Shown here: positions 33,331-43,962 of the stretch, in pieces
Numbering within the stretch: the first letter of the stretch is position 1
Layout of the letters: every line of letters begins with the position of its first letter
Source of the DNA: an uncultured Nitrospinota bacterium
GTDB lineage: Bacteria > Tectomicrobia > Entotheonellia > J063 > CAVPRW01
Assembly (NCBI GenBank): GCA_963707985.1
Contig: CAVPRW010000010.1
Span: 160,001-224,000, forward strand
Length of the DNA: 64,000 bases
Reading direction: 5' to 3'
Notes under the pieces: model-generated
Told to the model about the DNA's origin: nothing
The model's input: only the letters and a program-made list of their open reading frames with translations
Database searches by the model: none
Made by a program: the position numbers and the translations under genes

Positions 33331-35343
33331 TCATGGTATTGTCACTTGCCCATTAGCCGATGCCTGCATGACCAAATTCGCCGGTCCAATACCCAGGGCG
33401 ATGACCGCGATGTCGATCATACCCGCAGCGTCAGGTGGCAGTGTATATGTACCGGCGATGGTCATCTCCTGGGAAGGGGAAGGAGGTGGATTGAGAGCGA
33501 ACGGCAAGCCTAGTGGCCCCTGCCGCTGGGATGCCCCATTGAGCATGATGTTCTCATAGACCTGAATACCCAAGATCATGTCCGTGCCAGTATTCGCGAT
33601 TTTGACCGTGTATGATAGTGTACGGCGGGTCGATATCGGATCGATGCTAATCGAGTTTTCGCCGACGTTGACGGTCATCTGCAAGTCAGTCGTGGCGACC
33701 AGGCCCTGCGTTGTCTGACGCAACAAGGCAGCGGCAAAGCGTGGATCGCGTACGTCGGCCTGGATCGGTCCTTCGACGACTTGACGCTGGGCAATCAGGC
33801 CACCGTGTATGATCACGGTGCCGTCGGCCTGCACAGACAGGCAAGGGGCAAACGTGGGTTCGTGCCAATGGCCGATAACCAGCCGACTCCGCCGCGGATC
33901 ACCTTTATCACCAGGATCAACGATTTCCCACCGCAGTTGGTGAACCGGCGCGCCAGCCTGTGTACTCGTAGGCGGACTGCCTGGCGGGCTCACGGGCGGG
34001 ACGATGGTATGATAGATTTGCCACGGCGCAGCGGCTATCGGCGGTTCCGGCAGGGGACGGAACTCGATACCCCAAGCCTCTGGCGTGGATGCCTGGGGGG
34101 TGCGAATGAAGTCGGAATACACAACTTCGAGAAGGATGCGATTCAGGAGTGCGAGGTTTTCTCCGCTAGCTCCACGCGTCAGTGCTGTGCGGATTTCCGG
34201 CCGCAGCGGTACATGTCGAAAGCGTTGCGGGTCATACAGCGGACCACTCTTGATTATTCGGTTGAGGGTCGCGGCCAGATACGTTGTGATCCTCTCAGGC
34301 GAACGGAACGACTCGAGGTGATTCGCAAAGCGGCGTTGAGCAAATGCTGGCAACCGCCCTGCAATGTGACGCGTGAGACGGTCGGTGGTAGTTGCCAACG
34401 CGGCCGCCAGACCGGCGGGGTCGAGGATATCCCCAGCGCTGAATGACGAGGCCACTGGCGCCACCAGCAGGTTACCAGCCTGATTGCTATAGCCAGTGAG
34501 CCTCATATTCCCGTGCAGGGTCGTCTCTCCAGTATTGTCAATTGTCAGTCGCTCGCCTAGGAGAACCCTGGTCTCGTCCGGGAAGCTGACGGTAAAGCGC
34601 TGGCGGCCATGATCCGATTGGGCAAGCTGCATGCGAGCCTTGCCGGTGGGGGAAGTGACGGTCTCGCCGACCAGTGTAACGTACGGCCGGCGGGCGAGAT
34701 CGACGTCATAGATCCGTGTGTCTGAGCCGTCCTGTAACCTCGAGCGCAGTTGCCCCAGAAAGACCGGCCATTCGTGACCTTGATCGTCGGGCGCGTCTTG
34801 GTCCGGGCCGAAGTCCCAGTCTGCACTGGGTACCTCCGGTGGCTTGCGGGGATCGCTGTGGTTACCCGGTCGCAGGCGTAATGCAGGTGCCTCGATCCAA
34901 CGGCTGTGCCGGTCTGACCCAGACTCCCAGCGTCCCCGCTGCGGAGGCGTTGCCGCTATGCGCTGGTAGACCAGCCATACGCCAATGGATTGCCATCCCT
35001 CCGCATCAGATATACTCCCTACTCGATCAAACAGTATTTGTCCGGTGGCTCCAGACGGGGCCACCGCTGGCCACGATGCGCCCCATTGTCCACTCTCTCG
35101 GACCCATGGCACGGAGACCGGATCGGGTACAATGAGTTCGCGGCCATAGCCATCGATGGCCATGCCCGGTTGCACTGCAAACCCGGCTTGCCCCGCGACC
35201 AGCGCCAGGCCTGTGACGATCCCCCAACCATGTCCGCCGATGTAATGACGGCGGCGTATGGCCAGACGGTATGCCTGCTCGTCATTGAGATCTGCGGTTC
35301 GCAGCGGCTGCTGCTCGCGATACCGTACACGCATCGTCGTCAT
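33331..35343 (-). CDS. Fibre/baseplate-associated paralog 3
   Basis: RVRYREQQPLRTADLNDEQAY..HGWGIVTGL..PGMAIDGYGRE. Confidence 0.7.
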   Translation of the reverse strand: MTTMRVRYREQQPLRTADLNDEQAYRLAIRRRHYIGGHGWGIVTGLALVAGQAGFAVQPGMAIDGYGRELIVPDPVSVPWVRESGQWGASWPAVAPSGATGQILFDRVGSISDAEGWQSIGVWLVYQRIAATPPQRGRWESGSDRHSRWIEAPALRLRPGNHSDPRKPPEVPSADWDFGPDQDAPDDQGHEWPVFLGQLRSRLQDGSDTRIYDVDLARRPYVTLVGETVTSPTGKARMQLAQSDHGRQRFTVSFPDETRVLLGERLTIDNTGETTLHGNMRLTGYSNQAGNLLVAPVASSFSAGDILDPAGLAAALATTTDRLTRHIAGRLPAFAQRRFANHLESFRSPERITTYLAATLNRIIKSGPLYDPQRFRHVPLRPEIRTALTRGASGENLALLNRILLEVVYSDFIRTPQASTPEAWGIEFRPLPEPPIAAAPWQIYHTIVPPVSPPGSPPTSTQAGAPVHQLRWEIVDPGDKGDPRRSRLVIGHWHEPTFAPCLSVQADGTVIIHGGLIAQRQVVEGPIQADVRDPRFAAALLRQTTQGLVATTDLQMTVNVGENSISIDPISTRRTLSYTVKIANTGTDMILGIQVYENIMLNGASQRQGPLGLPFALNPPPSPSQEMTIAGTYTLPPDAAGMIDIAVIALGIGPANLVMQASANGQVTIP

Positions 35344-35580
35344 TAGGGTCCCCCATTGCCAGGACACGTACCGTAGGGCTAAGGTGATAACTACCCCCCA
35401 TGTCCAGAAGGCAGGCGCGCTACCCAGTATCTGCAGCGTTAGGAGCTCGACCGGGGCGTGCCCCGTCTCCCTGGTGCGGCTGAGCGGGTTGCCCCACCAC
35501 TTGCCGCCGGCGATTCCTCCGGTGCATCCAGGGCAGGCGGCGTCTCCTGGTCCACCACATGCGCGGCTTCTGGCGCCGGA

Positions 35581-36873
35581 CTAGTCGCCGCTGCTGCGGA
35601 AACCGACCACCCGTCGGCCCCAGCCGGGGCCCATATCCACCCATTGCACGACCGTGCCCTGGCCGCAGGACAGGAACAGGTCCTCTCCGAACGTCTGCGC
35701 GAGCCCGCTAACGGTGGTAGGCATGGGGTACGGTTCATCACCGTGCACGCGGATACCCAGGTTCGTCAGTACGGCACAAGCTTCCTCTACACGACGCCAG
35801 ATCACAGGGCCAACGTTGGCCTGGCCTAGGGGCGCCGGCCAGCACTCCGGACTCAACAACCGGCGATAGGGAGGTGACGTGTCGATTGCCAACACGTGGC
35901 AGGCACGCTGACCGTGATTATTCCCCACCCGCAGCCAGACACGGGCGAGCGGCACTCCCTGGCCCTCCAGGCAACGATAGCAGTCACAGGCCAGGAAAGC
36001 ATTGCGGTAGTCTAGAGCGAGCCAGAAGATGATCTGAGCCACCCGTGCTTCGGTAAATTCTGCGTCTTCCATGGTGCAGAGGCAGTCCCACAGCGAACAG
36101 AACTGGTGCAGAGGGTACTTTTTAATCCAGTCTAGGAGCCACTTACGCACATCTTTACCGTTCGGGCTCTGCTGCCCTCTCCACCAGTCGAGGAATGCGG
36201 GAACTACAGCAAGTGACTGTCGATATGCTGTGCGCCAGCGTTCGGCGGCTGCGGTTACTGGATCGCTGCTGATGGTGTCAGCATGCCAGGTGACGCTATG
36301 CGTCTCGCGCATCCGGCCATACTCACACGCACTCAACTGGCTGCAAGCATTACGGCCGAGCGGGGTTTGCGGCTCGGCGCCCTCCTCACGGTAGTGAAGA
36401 ACCAGCTCCACCACCCGGATCTCGTCGGCCGGCCACGAGCAACCGAAGAGTGTTACCGGCGGCGACTCTCCGCCCTGAGCGCTCTGCCCCATGCGCGGCT
36501 CGCACGGGTCTGGCTCACTGCGACAGACATCCGCCAGATTGACTGAGTATGGCAGGGCGACGACAATATCGTCGCCACAGCAACTGATAGCGTACCCAGG
36601 GCTGACCATCACCTGGTCGGCCTGTTGCGGGACGCAATGTACGTCCAGCCCGCACACCACCCCCCAGCCATGCCGGTAGCGGGCCAGGCGAAGCTTGTCT
36701 TGCCCCCAGCGCAGCAACGACATCAGGTCCTGGTCGGTCAGGAGTTGCCCACAGAAAAAGTGGGGCTGGACCAGGGTATCCAGGCTGCAACAGGTCTGGT
36801 CACCGGACACTTGACTCCCCGGCATGGGGTATGCGGGTGTTGTCGTTGGTACCGTGATAGTCCGCGCGATCAT
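35581..36873 (-). CDS. Fibre/baseplate-associated paralog 2 (true end may be 35439 via frameshift)
   Basis: PHFFCGQLLTDQDL..HGWGVVCGL..PGYAISCCGDDI. Confidence 0.7.
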   Translation of the reverse strand: MIARTITVPTTTPAYPMPGSQVSGDQTCCSLDTLVQPHFFCGQLLTDQDLMSLLRWGQDKLRLARYRHGWGVVCGLDVHCVPQQADQVMVSPGYAISCCGDDIVVALPYSVNLADVCRSEPDPCEPRMGQSAQGGESPPVTLFGCSWPADEIRVVELVLHYREEGAEPQTPLGRNACSQLSACEYGRMRETHSVTWHADTISSDPVTAAAERWRTAYRQSLAVVPAFLDWWRGQQSPNGKDVRKWLLDWIKKYPLHQFCSLWDCLCTMEDAEFTEARVAQIIFWLALDYRNAFLACDCYRCLEGQGVPLARVWLRVGNNHGQRACHVLAIDTSPPYRRLLSPECWPAPLGQANVGPVIWRRVEEACAVLTNLGIRVHGDEPYPMPTTVSGLAQTFGEDLFLSCGQGTVVQWVDMGPGWGRRVVGFRSSGD

Positions 36874-36875
36874 AG

Positions 36876-38160
36876 TTATGTCTCCTCCGTATAGCCATCG
36901 GCCACCACGCGGAACCAGCTCTCGAACGTGCCGCCTTTGACACCATCGCCACTGGGGAGGCGCCCGCCCAGGAAATTGCCATCGACGGGGTTACCGTGGC
37001 AATCGAGAATAAAATCGCACTTGAGTGTGACGTAGATTATGTTACTCGTGAGATTTTCCCCTCTGGGCCGGAGAACCCGAGGTTCGATGGTGAACACGGC
37101 TAGGCACCCATCCTCTTCTAGGTGGGGTGGTTTGTCCTCTTCATAGCGTGTGAAGTCGAAGGTCTCGTCCTCGTCGCGATCCATCACGACAAACGTGTGT
37201 ACACTGATGCCGGTCGCTTCGCCCTCGCCCGGGAAGCAGCCTCCGGTCGAAGCGGATCTCCAATCGACCCTGCATGGTCTCGCGCAGGTGGGAGAGAGTG
37301 ACTTCGCCGCCGTGCGGCCAGTTGATACTCACAATGTGGGTGAGCAGTTCGGAGGCGGTCTCCACATAGCGCCGACCCTGGTCATCGATGTCGAAGCCAG
37401 CTGTGTAGTCAGTGTAGCCATCGAGTGGATGAATAAGCACCAATGGGACCATGCCGCCACATGGGCAGACCGGCTCCAAACAGGCGCCGGTGGGTCCCCG
37501 AATATCGTCGTCGCAGTCATCACGGCAGGGCGTGACCCCTTGGCTGGTTCGCTCGCGCCAGCAGTCACCCTGGACTTGGTCGCGGCGGCGGACCACCAAG
37601 CGTGCGCCCTCACGCACACGGTTGGCCTCCAGGCGACGGGGATCGTGAGCGCCTTCCGCGTACAGCACCGGCGTACATTCGATCTCCGTTTCCTCGTAAC
37701 AGAGGCCGAGGAGAAACTCGCCCTCCATGGCGCCGGTCTCCGGCGCGTACGACTCGCGAGGCGCTCCTGCCGACCCTTCGCCCGCCATATGTGCCGCCGC
37801 ATAGTGGGGCAGTGGTAACTCGAAGTACATTTTCTTAGGCACCACAATTTCCCGACCGCAACAGTCGAGGGCAATACCGGGGCTGATCACCACCCAGCGC
37901 TTGGCACAGTCGGTGTCAAGATGGTGCGTCCAGTCGGGGTGATGGCTGACCTCCAGCCCACAGATGATGCCCCAACCGTGGAGCAGGCGGGCATGCAGCC
38001 GATGGCGGCTCAGGAAGTACTCCTGCTCATCCCGGAAGTCTCGGGCGGTCATGTACTTGCCAGTATAGTAGCGATTGCGCTCTGTTGCGATTCCCCCACA
38101 GCTCGATGAGCACGGCTCAGGTTCCGTGTGGGATGAGCGTTGAAAGCTTTCTGAGAGCAT
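36876..38160 (-). CDS. Fibre/baseplate-associated paralog 1 (frameshift near 37230)
   Basis: RNRYYTGKYMTARDFRDEQEY..HGWGIICGL..PGIALDCCGRE; C-terminus PSGDGVKGGTFESWF. Confidence 0.7.
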
Positions 38161-38190
38161 CGTCTATCTCCTCCATCGTTATCCGCAATC

Positions 38191-40503
38191 TTATGAAAGA
38201 AGAGTTTCGATTCCCAGTCGGGTAGCCGGAGTCAGATGCAGTGGTGCTGATGGTTGTCCGGTTAGAATCGTGTCATACCCCAACCGGTGGCGGGGTGCTG
38301 CGCTTGGAGGCATCTCCTTCGTCTCATGGGTGCAGGTCAGCTGTGCGGTCGGATAGTCTCCAATAATGGTATCCAGACCCAGCGTCGCCTGGACGCCGAT
38401 GCGAAAGCGAGCCTCAACCAGGCATAAATCATAAGCCGTATGGAGTGGTTTCTCAGCGTCTACAGCCCGCCGGACCATCTGCTCGTCCTCAGCCGTCCGC
38501 ACCCAGGCCGCGGGCACGAAAACACGAAAGTGGTGAGCATATGTATGGAATAAGTCACGTTCCGGATCACCGGTGGATATCAGACGTACGTCGCCTTCCT
38601 GCGCAAACACGTCTAACTGCAGTCTTCCCACCATCTTTGGACCCCATAGGAGTGATTGGAGGCCCAAGTCAGCCTGTGTGGACAACATCAAGCGTCGGCG
38701 TTCACGAAACCCTTCGATAATCAGTGGGTATGCCCGTTGTTCGTCCGGCGTCAGTCCAACGATATTCTGTAGGTAAACTTGGAGGTAACGCCGTAGACCA
38801 GCCGACGTCCCCCGTTGAGGGTATATAGTATGCGCCGCTTTCAGCAGGTTGCGTTTCTGCTCTGATGACCAGGTTCCCTCCAGGGGCAAGGCCAGCCAGC
38901 GAGCCAGCTCCTCCAGGAAAGGGCCGGGCGGCACCGCCCCCGGGTCGAACAGGCGGCTGATCTCTTCGTTCTGGCGTTCTATGGCGTCCCATTCGGTCTG
39001 GAAGATCGATAGAAAGCGCTCCAGAAACCACCGACTACTGTCATCCCCCGCATATATGGCCGGCAAATATTGTAGATAGGACTGGCGAGGGTAGTGAATC
39101 CGCAGCGCCTGGATCTCAGGGGAGCTGTAGCCGTCGCCGAACAGTTCGAGCTTGAGCCAAAGATATTGACCTTCCCGACTCTGGATGAGGAACTCATGGG
39201 CGTCGCGTGCCGGCGAATATGAGGTGCATTGCTCTGGATCAATCTTTGTCAGCCCGGTTGATGGCGGTGGCTGCATCTGTCCGGCAATGGTGTAGTCCAC
39301 GGTCCACAAGGGCGAGTTTGGCGATTCCGGTCCTGGGCCTGCATCGGTGCTATAACTACTGACGACAACCTGTGTGCCCGCCGGAAGAGTCGCCAGTTCT
39401 AGCTCGATCCTGTGCCATTGACAGTGGTAGATGCCGCTATCAAGTTGGTCACTGTACCATGTGCCCGCGCTCGCATAGAGATGTGGTCCTACCGGTTCAG
39501 CCGGATCGAAGTGCGCCCGCCGTCCTTCGCGGTCGAAGATCAATCCTGATGGAGCGGTCTGTGCCTGGGCCAGTGGCAGGCATGGCGTCAGTGGGCTTTC
39601 CACCGCTAATGTGGCATGCGCTTGACGGCTGCACAACCGCATGAGGCCAGGGGGCAGGCAGAAACGGCCGGTCGCTGGGTCGTCGTTCGGCGTCCTATAG
39701 TACAAGCGCACAGCTGGGATGCCGAAGCGATCACGCACCTCTCCAGTGTCTCGCACTTCGCCCAAATAGTGACCCATCGGATCGAAGATTTGCAGTCTCG
39801 GCGCGGCGTGATCAAGTAGATAGATGCGTCCCGCGCGATCCACGGCAATGCGGCTCCAACGGTTGTGCGCTGCCGGATCAGTGACCACGAGCGTAAGCCG
39901 ATCCGTGCCAGGCTGATGACGATAGACTCGACCGTGCCTCCCGTCCAGGATATACGCCGCTCCGTGCTGAGCGGTCACATCCACGGGCTCCCAGGCATCA
40001 TCGGCGTCCGCCGCAATTTGCCGGCCAGCGGCGTCCCAAGGCCCCCACAGGTGGCGCAGCGGCAGAGCTGGGATGAGCGCAAAAACCTGTACCCGGCGAT
40101 TGCCTCGGTCGGCCACGTATAAGTCATGACCAGCGATGGCTAGATTGGCAGGTTGGTGGAACTGGCGAGCATCCTGGCCTTCACCACCAACACCCGGGAG
40201 GCTCACAAAGCGGCGCAGTGGGGGATCAAACCGCAGGATCGTTGGCTGACGCAGGCTCAACAGATACAGTAAACCTTCCATATCGAAGGCCATGCCGCGC
40301 GCGAGCGTCAGCCCCCCAAGGCTGTCGTCGAGCCAGGTGAGGCTGAGCGGCCCAGTCGGCTGCCCGTGCGCATCGGTTACGGCCGTCAAGCGGATGCTCG
40401 TCTTACTCACGGCCACACCCTGGCTCGGTGGACTATCGGCCGTGTGCCAACCGAGTTGGCCATTGAGTGGCCAAAAAGTAGCTATTGGCGTTTGCATGGT
40501 CAA
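38191..40503 (-). CDS. Phage tail protein I-like baseplate protein with N-terminal NHL repeats
   Basis: YVADRGNRRVQVF; YLQYLPAIY..FLERFLSIF..FDP..LARWL..RGT..EKPLHT. Confidence 0.8.
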   Translation of the reverse strand: MTMQTPIATFWPLNGQLGWHTADSPPSQGVAVSKTSIRLTAVTDAHGQPTGPLSLTWLDDSLGGLTLARGMAFDMEGLLYLLSLRQPTILRFDPPLRRFVSLPGVGGEGQDARQFHQPANLAIAGHDLYVADRGNRRVQVFALIPALPLRHLWGPWDAAGRQIAADADDAWEPVDVTAQHGAAYILDGRHGRVYRHQPGTDRLTLVVTDPAAHNRWSRIAVDRAGRIYLLDHAAPRLQIFDPMGHYLGEVRDTGEVRDRFGIPAVRLYYRTPNDDPATGRFCLPPGLMRLCSRQAHATLAVESPLTPCLPLAQAQTAPSGLIFDREGRRAHFDPAEPVGPHLYASAGTWYSDQLDSGIYHCQWHRIELELATLPAGTQVVVSSYSTDAGPGPESPNSPLWTVDYTIAGQMQPPPSTGLTKIDPEQCTSYSPARDAHEFLIQSREGQYLWLKLELFGDGYSSPEIQALRIHYPRQSYLQYLPAIYAGDDSSRWFLERFLSIFQTEWDAIERQNEEISRLFDPGAVPPGPFLEELARWLALPLEGTWSSEQKRNLLKAAHTIYPQRGTSAGLRRYLQVYLQNIVGLTPDEQRAYPLIIEGFRERRRLMLSTQADLGLQSLLWGPKMVGRLQLDVFAQEGDVRLISTGDPERDLFHTYAHHFRVFVPAAWVRTAEDEQMVRRAVDAEKPLHTAYDLCLVEARFRIGVQATLGLDTIIGDYPTAQLTCTHETKEMPPSAAPRHRLGYDTILTGQPSAPLHLTPATRLGIETLLS

Positions 40504-42497
40504 TTCGTGTCCTGGAATCGCTCTACGATAATGTCGTGGTTGAGTGCACCATACAGCAGACCGTCGCGTAGCACCTTGACAGCTTCCGTGAGGCGATCGT
40601 GTGGCTGGTCGTTAACAGTGAGTTCCAGATTAAGCACTTGCCTGACGTCGGCAACACTTAAGATCACGGCATATAAACTCGTTGGGAAAAGGTCCAGGCC
40701 AAAATCTGCACCAGACAGCTCACTACCCGCCCGTCCCAACGGGTCCAGAAAAGCGTTCAATTTGTCTTTCACCCGGCGCGCGACGTCGTCGAACGCTGCA
40801 TATGGCTGAGCTGAGACACGGGCCATGACCCGAATCTTCTGATACTCTGGCCCTTTGACATATAGTTCTGTGGTCAACAGGCGACGAGGCTCGAGATAAC
40901 GACAGACCTGTTCAAGCTGGGCCTGGGAAGGTTGGGGTGGCACATCCTCACTGTCGGGAACGACCACGATAGTAATCGCCCCAGGCACCTCCACCCCCCG
41001 ATGATCGGGGTGCATCAATGAAATGGCAGTCGCTTTGGCAATGCCACCGACCTCCATGGCTAGCGCGGCAAAGTCGGTCATGGATACCGCCCGATTGCGA
41101 TGGCGTAACCTAACGGGCGCCTGTTGTTTGAACTCCTCGATATCCTGCTCATCCTGGCCACCCACGGCCGGACGATCATTGGTTACTTTCTCAACACCAG
41201 TGAGGACAGTCAGGGGTGCATTGATCAGCCCCGCGCTGACATTGCCCGCTTTCCCGCCGCCGTAGCGATAGAGGCGCGCGACAATTTCCGCGCCGGCAGT
41301 GGGAATGCGCCCCTTCTTACCATCGCCGAAGCGGATCTCACCGGTGGCCGCGTTCAAGACGTAATGGGGATCATCCGGTCCCGAAGCAAGCAGATCTGGC
41401 TTCAGGAACCACGGTTCGGCTGTCTGACCTGTCTCTTGGATCCACAAAGCCAGTGCGCCGGATGCACCGTCGGCGCGGACCGTGGTTTCCATTGGAACCC
41501 AGACAGGCTGGTGCTGCAGGGTAAAAACCTGATTCGGCAGACCTTGGCTGATGCCGACAAGTTCGTCGCGGATCGTGGACAAGTTCTCGGCTTCGACGAC
41601 ATTGGCTCGGATGAACTCGATGACCGGAGCGCGGCCAGCCGGATAACTCCCCTCAGCTAACCGGACACGAAGCCAATACATTGCCTCTGACACCTTCCCC
41701 TCACTGGTCGCGACAACATCTGCGGCCGGCCCTTCCACTTGAATGTTGCCCTCACGGGTGAAGGCGATACTCGCGTCTTCATACACATTCAGCCGCTGCC
41801 AACGGGGTGGGGAGGCCTGTTGTCGGTACTCCCATACTAGGATTACGGGCGGTGTCGGCAGTAGGGTGAGATCAGCGCAGTGCACCGGCAGGCCCGCTTG
41901 AGTGACGAGCGGCCTAAAAACACGGAAGCGCATCTCTTGCGGGAAGAACGGTGCCTGCGCCTGTGGTGAGGGGGCAAAGCCCAAGTAAAGGGCGCTGCCG
42001 ACTTGCGGCACCCAGCCTAGAGGCTGGATGGTTGGGCCGGGAGACATGTTAGCCAGGCTTACGTCGGTAAAAGCTGCGCCGTCAAACACCTGCACTTTGG
42101 TCAGAGGCAGCCGGATCAGGTCCAGGCCCGCAGTGGTCTCAAAAATCAGTGGGTTGCCGCCGCCGGGGGGTTGGGCGCTGATCTGTGAGCGGGGCAGCAC
42201 GGATTGCACCTGGGCGCCGAGCTGCGGGCTAAAAGTCAAGTAGGCGACGGCCGGCTGGGCCGGCCGCAACTCCATGCCCAAGAGTTGCAGAAACTTAATG
42301 TAATTCCGATCCGGAATGCGATTCATCTCATAGAGCATCATCTCTGTCAACCAGGCGAACAATTCCACCAGGGTGACGCCAGGATCGCTCTCATTGAAAT
42401 CGGTCCACTCTGGCGTGTAGCGCGGGATACGCAATAGCGCCAGGCTTTTCAATCTGTCGAATGTTCGCGTGTCTAGTTGTGGCGCTTCAAGTGGCAT
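40500..42497 (-). CDS. Baseplate J-like wedge protein (Afp11-like)
   Basis: LDTRTF..PEWTDFNESDPGVTLVELFAW; IRFGDG; YRYGGG..GNV; RAVSMTDF. Confidence 0.92.
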   Translation of the reverse strand: MPLEAPQLDTRTFDRLKSLALLRIPRYTPEWTDFNESDPGVTLVELFAWLTEMMLYEMNRIPDRNYIKFLQLLGMELRPAQPAVAYLTFSPQLGAQVQSVLPRSQISAQPPGGGNPLIFETTAGLDLIRLPLTKVQVFDGAAFTDVSLANMSPGPTIQPLGWVPQVGSALYLGFAPSPQAQAPFFPQEMRFRVFRPLVTQAGLPVHCADLTLLPTPPVILVWEYRQQASPPRWQRLNVYEDASIAFTREGNIQVEGPAADVVATSEGKVSEAMYWLRVRLAEGSYPAGRAPVIEFIRANVVEAENLSTIRDELVGISQGLPNQVFTLQHQPVWVPMETTVRADGASGALALWIQETGQTAEPWFLKPDLLASGPDDPHYVLNAATGEIRFGDGKKGRIPTAGAEIVARLYRYGGGKAGNVSAGLINAPLTVLTGVEKVTNDRPAVGGQDEQDIEEFKQQAPVRLRHRNRAVSMTDFAALAMEVGGIAKATAISLMHPDHRGVEVPGAITIVVVPDSEDVPPQPSQAQLEQVCRYLEPRRLLTTELYVKGPEYQKIRVMARVSAQPYAAFDDVARRVKDKLNAFLDPLGRAGSELSGADFGLDLFPTSLYAVILSVADVRQVLNLELTVNDQPHDRLTEAVKVLRDGLLYGALNHDIIVERFQDTN

Positions 42498-42521
42498 ATG
42501 TGGCTTCCCATGGCGGCAAGG

Positions 42522-42920
42522 TCAACTGACCCCTTCGTTGATAAATAGAGGATAAACAAGGTTATAAAATGAATTACTGCTACGCACCCGATAATCGATA
42601 CGAATCAACAGATAATTGCGCGGCTCGGTTGGTGTCTCGACGCGCACATCCAGCACGTCAATACGCGGCTCCCAACGCGTCAGGGCGTCCTGAACCTTGC
42701 CCTGGACAAGACCGCGTAAGGCTGCTGTATTGGCTTGAAAGACAAGATCATGAATACCACAGCCAAATTCAGGGAGCATTTGCCGTTCCCCCGGCGCTGT
42801 GCTGAGAATCAGCCAGATACTCTGACGGATCTTATCGGGACCGCCGAGAAAGGACAAACGTCCGAGTGGTCCGGGCGTGATTGGAAAGGGCCATCCGCGG
42901 CCAAGAATATCCTTTTCCAC
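42522..42920 (-). CDS. gp25/GPW baseplate protein (Afp9-like)
   Basis: LGRGWPFP, ILSTAPGERQMLPEFGC, WEPRI, NLVYP. Confidence 0.95.
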   Translation of the reverse strand: MEKDILGRGWPFPITPGPLGRLSFLGGPDKIRQSIWLILSTAPGERQMLPEFGCGIHDLVFQANTAALRGLVQGKVQDALTRWEPRIDVLDVRVETPTEPRNYLLIRIDYRVRSSNSFYNLVYPLFINEGVS

Positions 42921-42938
42921 ATGATCCTCACTCTCTGA

Positions 42939-43340
42939 TCAACCGATCATCACGGTGCCTACGGCAATAACCTTGCCCACGGGCAAATCAGCCGGATCGT
43001 TGCACGTGAGGGCGGTATCGCCATTGCGGGCCGCAGGTTTACCGTTGATCATGACCGTCTGGCTCCCGAGCTGGATGGTGGCTTTGTTAGTCGCCGGCTT
43101 TTGAAAGCTGGTGCCAGGGGGTGTCGGTAGATGGGGCGGGATATTGTCCGCTGTGCTCCCTACCATGGCGGCTGGCTGGCCCATAATTTTGGTATTGTTG
43201 CTGAGCGCACCGTTGATGATGCCCGAAAACGGATGCGGCAATGGAGTGGGCACGGGCGCGCCTGGTGGCGTTGGCACCATGACGATATGGGTGTCAAGGG
43301 CCGTTATCTGATCACCTTGCTTGGCGGCCGGTTGTCCCAT
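42939..43340 (-). CDS. PAAR spike-tip protein
   Basis: GQPAAKQGD, GQPAAMVG, GSQTVMINGKPAARNGD. Confidence 0.93.
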   Translation of the reverse strand: MGQPAAKQGDQITALDTHIVMVPTPPGAPVPTPLPHPFSGIINGALSNNTKIMGQPAAMVGSTADNIPPHLPTPPGTSFQKPATNKATIQLGSQTVMINGKPAARNGDTALTCNDPADLPVGKVIAVGTVMIG

Positions 43341-43350
43341 CTGTTCCCTC

Positions 43351-43948
43351 CTAATTGATCAGTACTAACTGACCTTTGATAGTCATCGTTCCCTTGGCAT
43401 CCAGCGTCATGTTGCCTGTCGCGCTGATCTCAACCGTCGTGGCTTCCACTTTGACACTCCCGGCTCCAGCCTTGACTTCTACGTCGCCCGTATCGCATAG
43501 GACCTGGATTTTGCGATTGGCACTGTCGAGAATGACTTTGCGCTCGCCATCCTTGTCGATGACCTCGATCTTCTCCTTCCCCTGTGTGTCATCCAGCTTG
43601 ATAATGTGTCCGCTGCGTGACACGATGAAGCGCCAGTTGTTCTGGGTGGGTTGGCCGTCGTCGGGCGGCGGCGCGTCGGCCTGACTCCACAAGCAGCCGA
43701 CGATGTAAGGTCGGCGCGGATCGCCGTGCTCGAAGACCACCAGCACTTCATCGTGCGACCTCCGGCCGGAAGAAGGTGCCGCGGCTGGCCCCGGCCATGA
43801 GGGTGGCCAAGCGTGCCCAATCGCTCTCGACGTTACCTAATTCCGGGAATTTGACCTTCACCCGACCTATTTTTTCTGGATCGTCCAGGTTGCTTATCAG
43901 ACCGATCAAGATACCGTTGTCGCGTTCACCGTGGCTCTGGCGCTGCAT
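43351..43948 (-). CDS. gpV/gp5 (VgrG C-half) spike protein, frameshift near 43755
   Basis: DPEKIGRVKVKFP..SDWARL..FFRPEV / EVLVVFEHGDPRRPYIVGCLW..SRSGH. Confidence 0.9.
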
Positions 43949-43962
43949 GCTGCCTCCTCGCC

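Noticed and set aside
35344..35583. Possible TAG readthrough fusing 35581-36873 with the in-frame 33331-35367 gene
   Set aside because: An open frame is likely by chance in GC-rich DNA; the downstream gene has its own paralogous N-terminus, and a shifted frame (AAAATSPAPEAA.. to 35439) looks like the real tail
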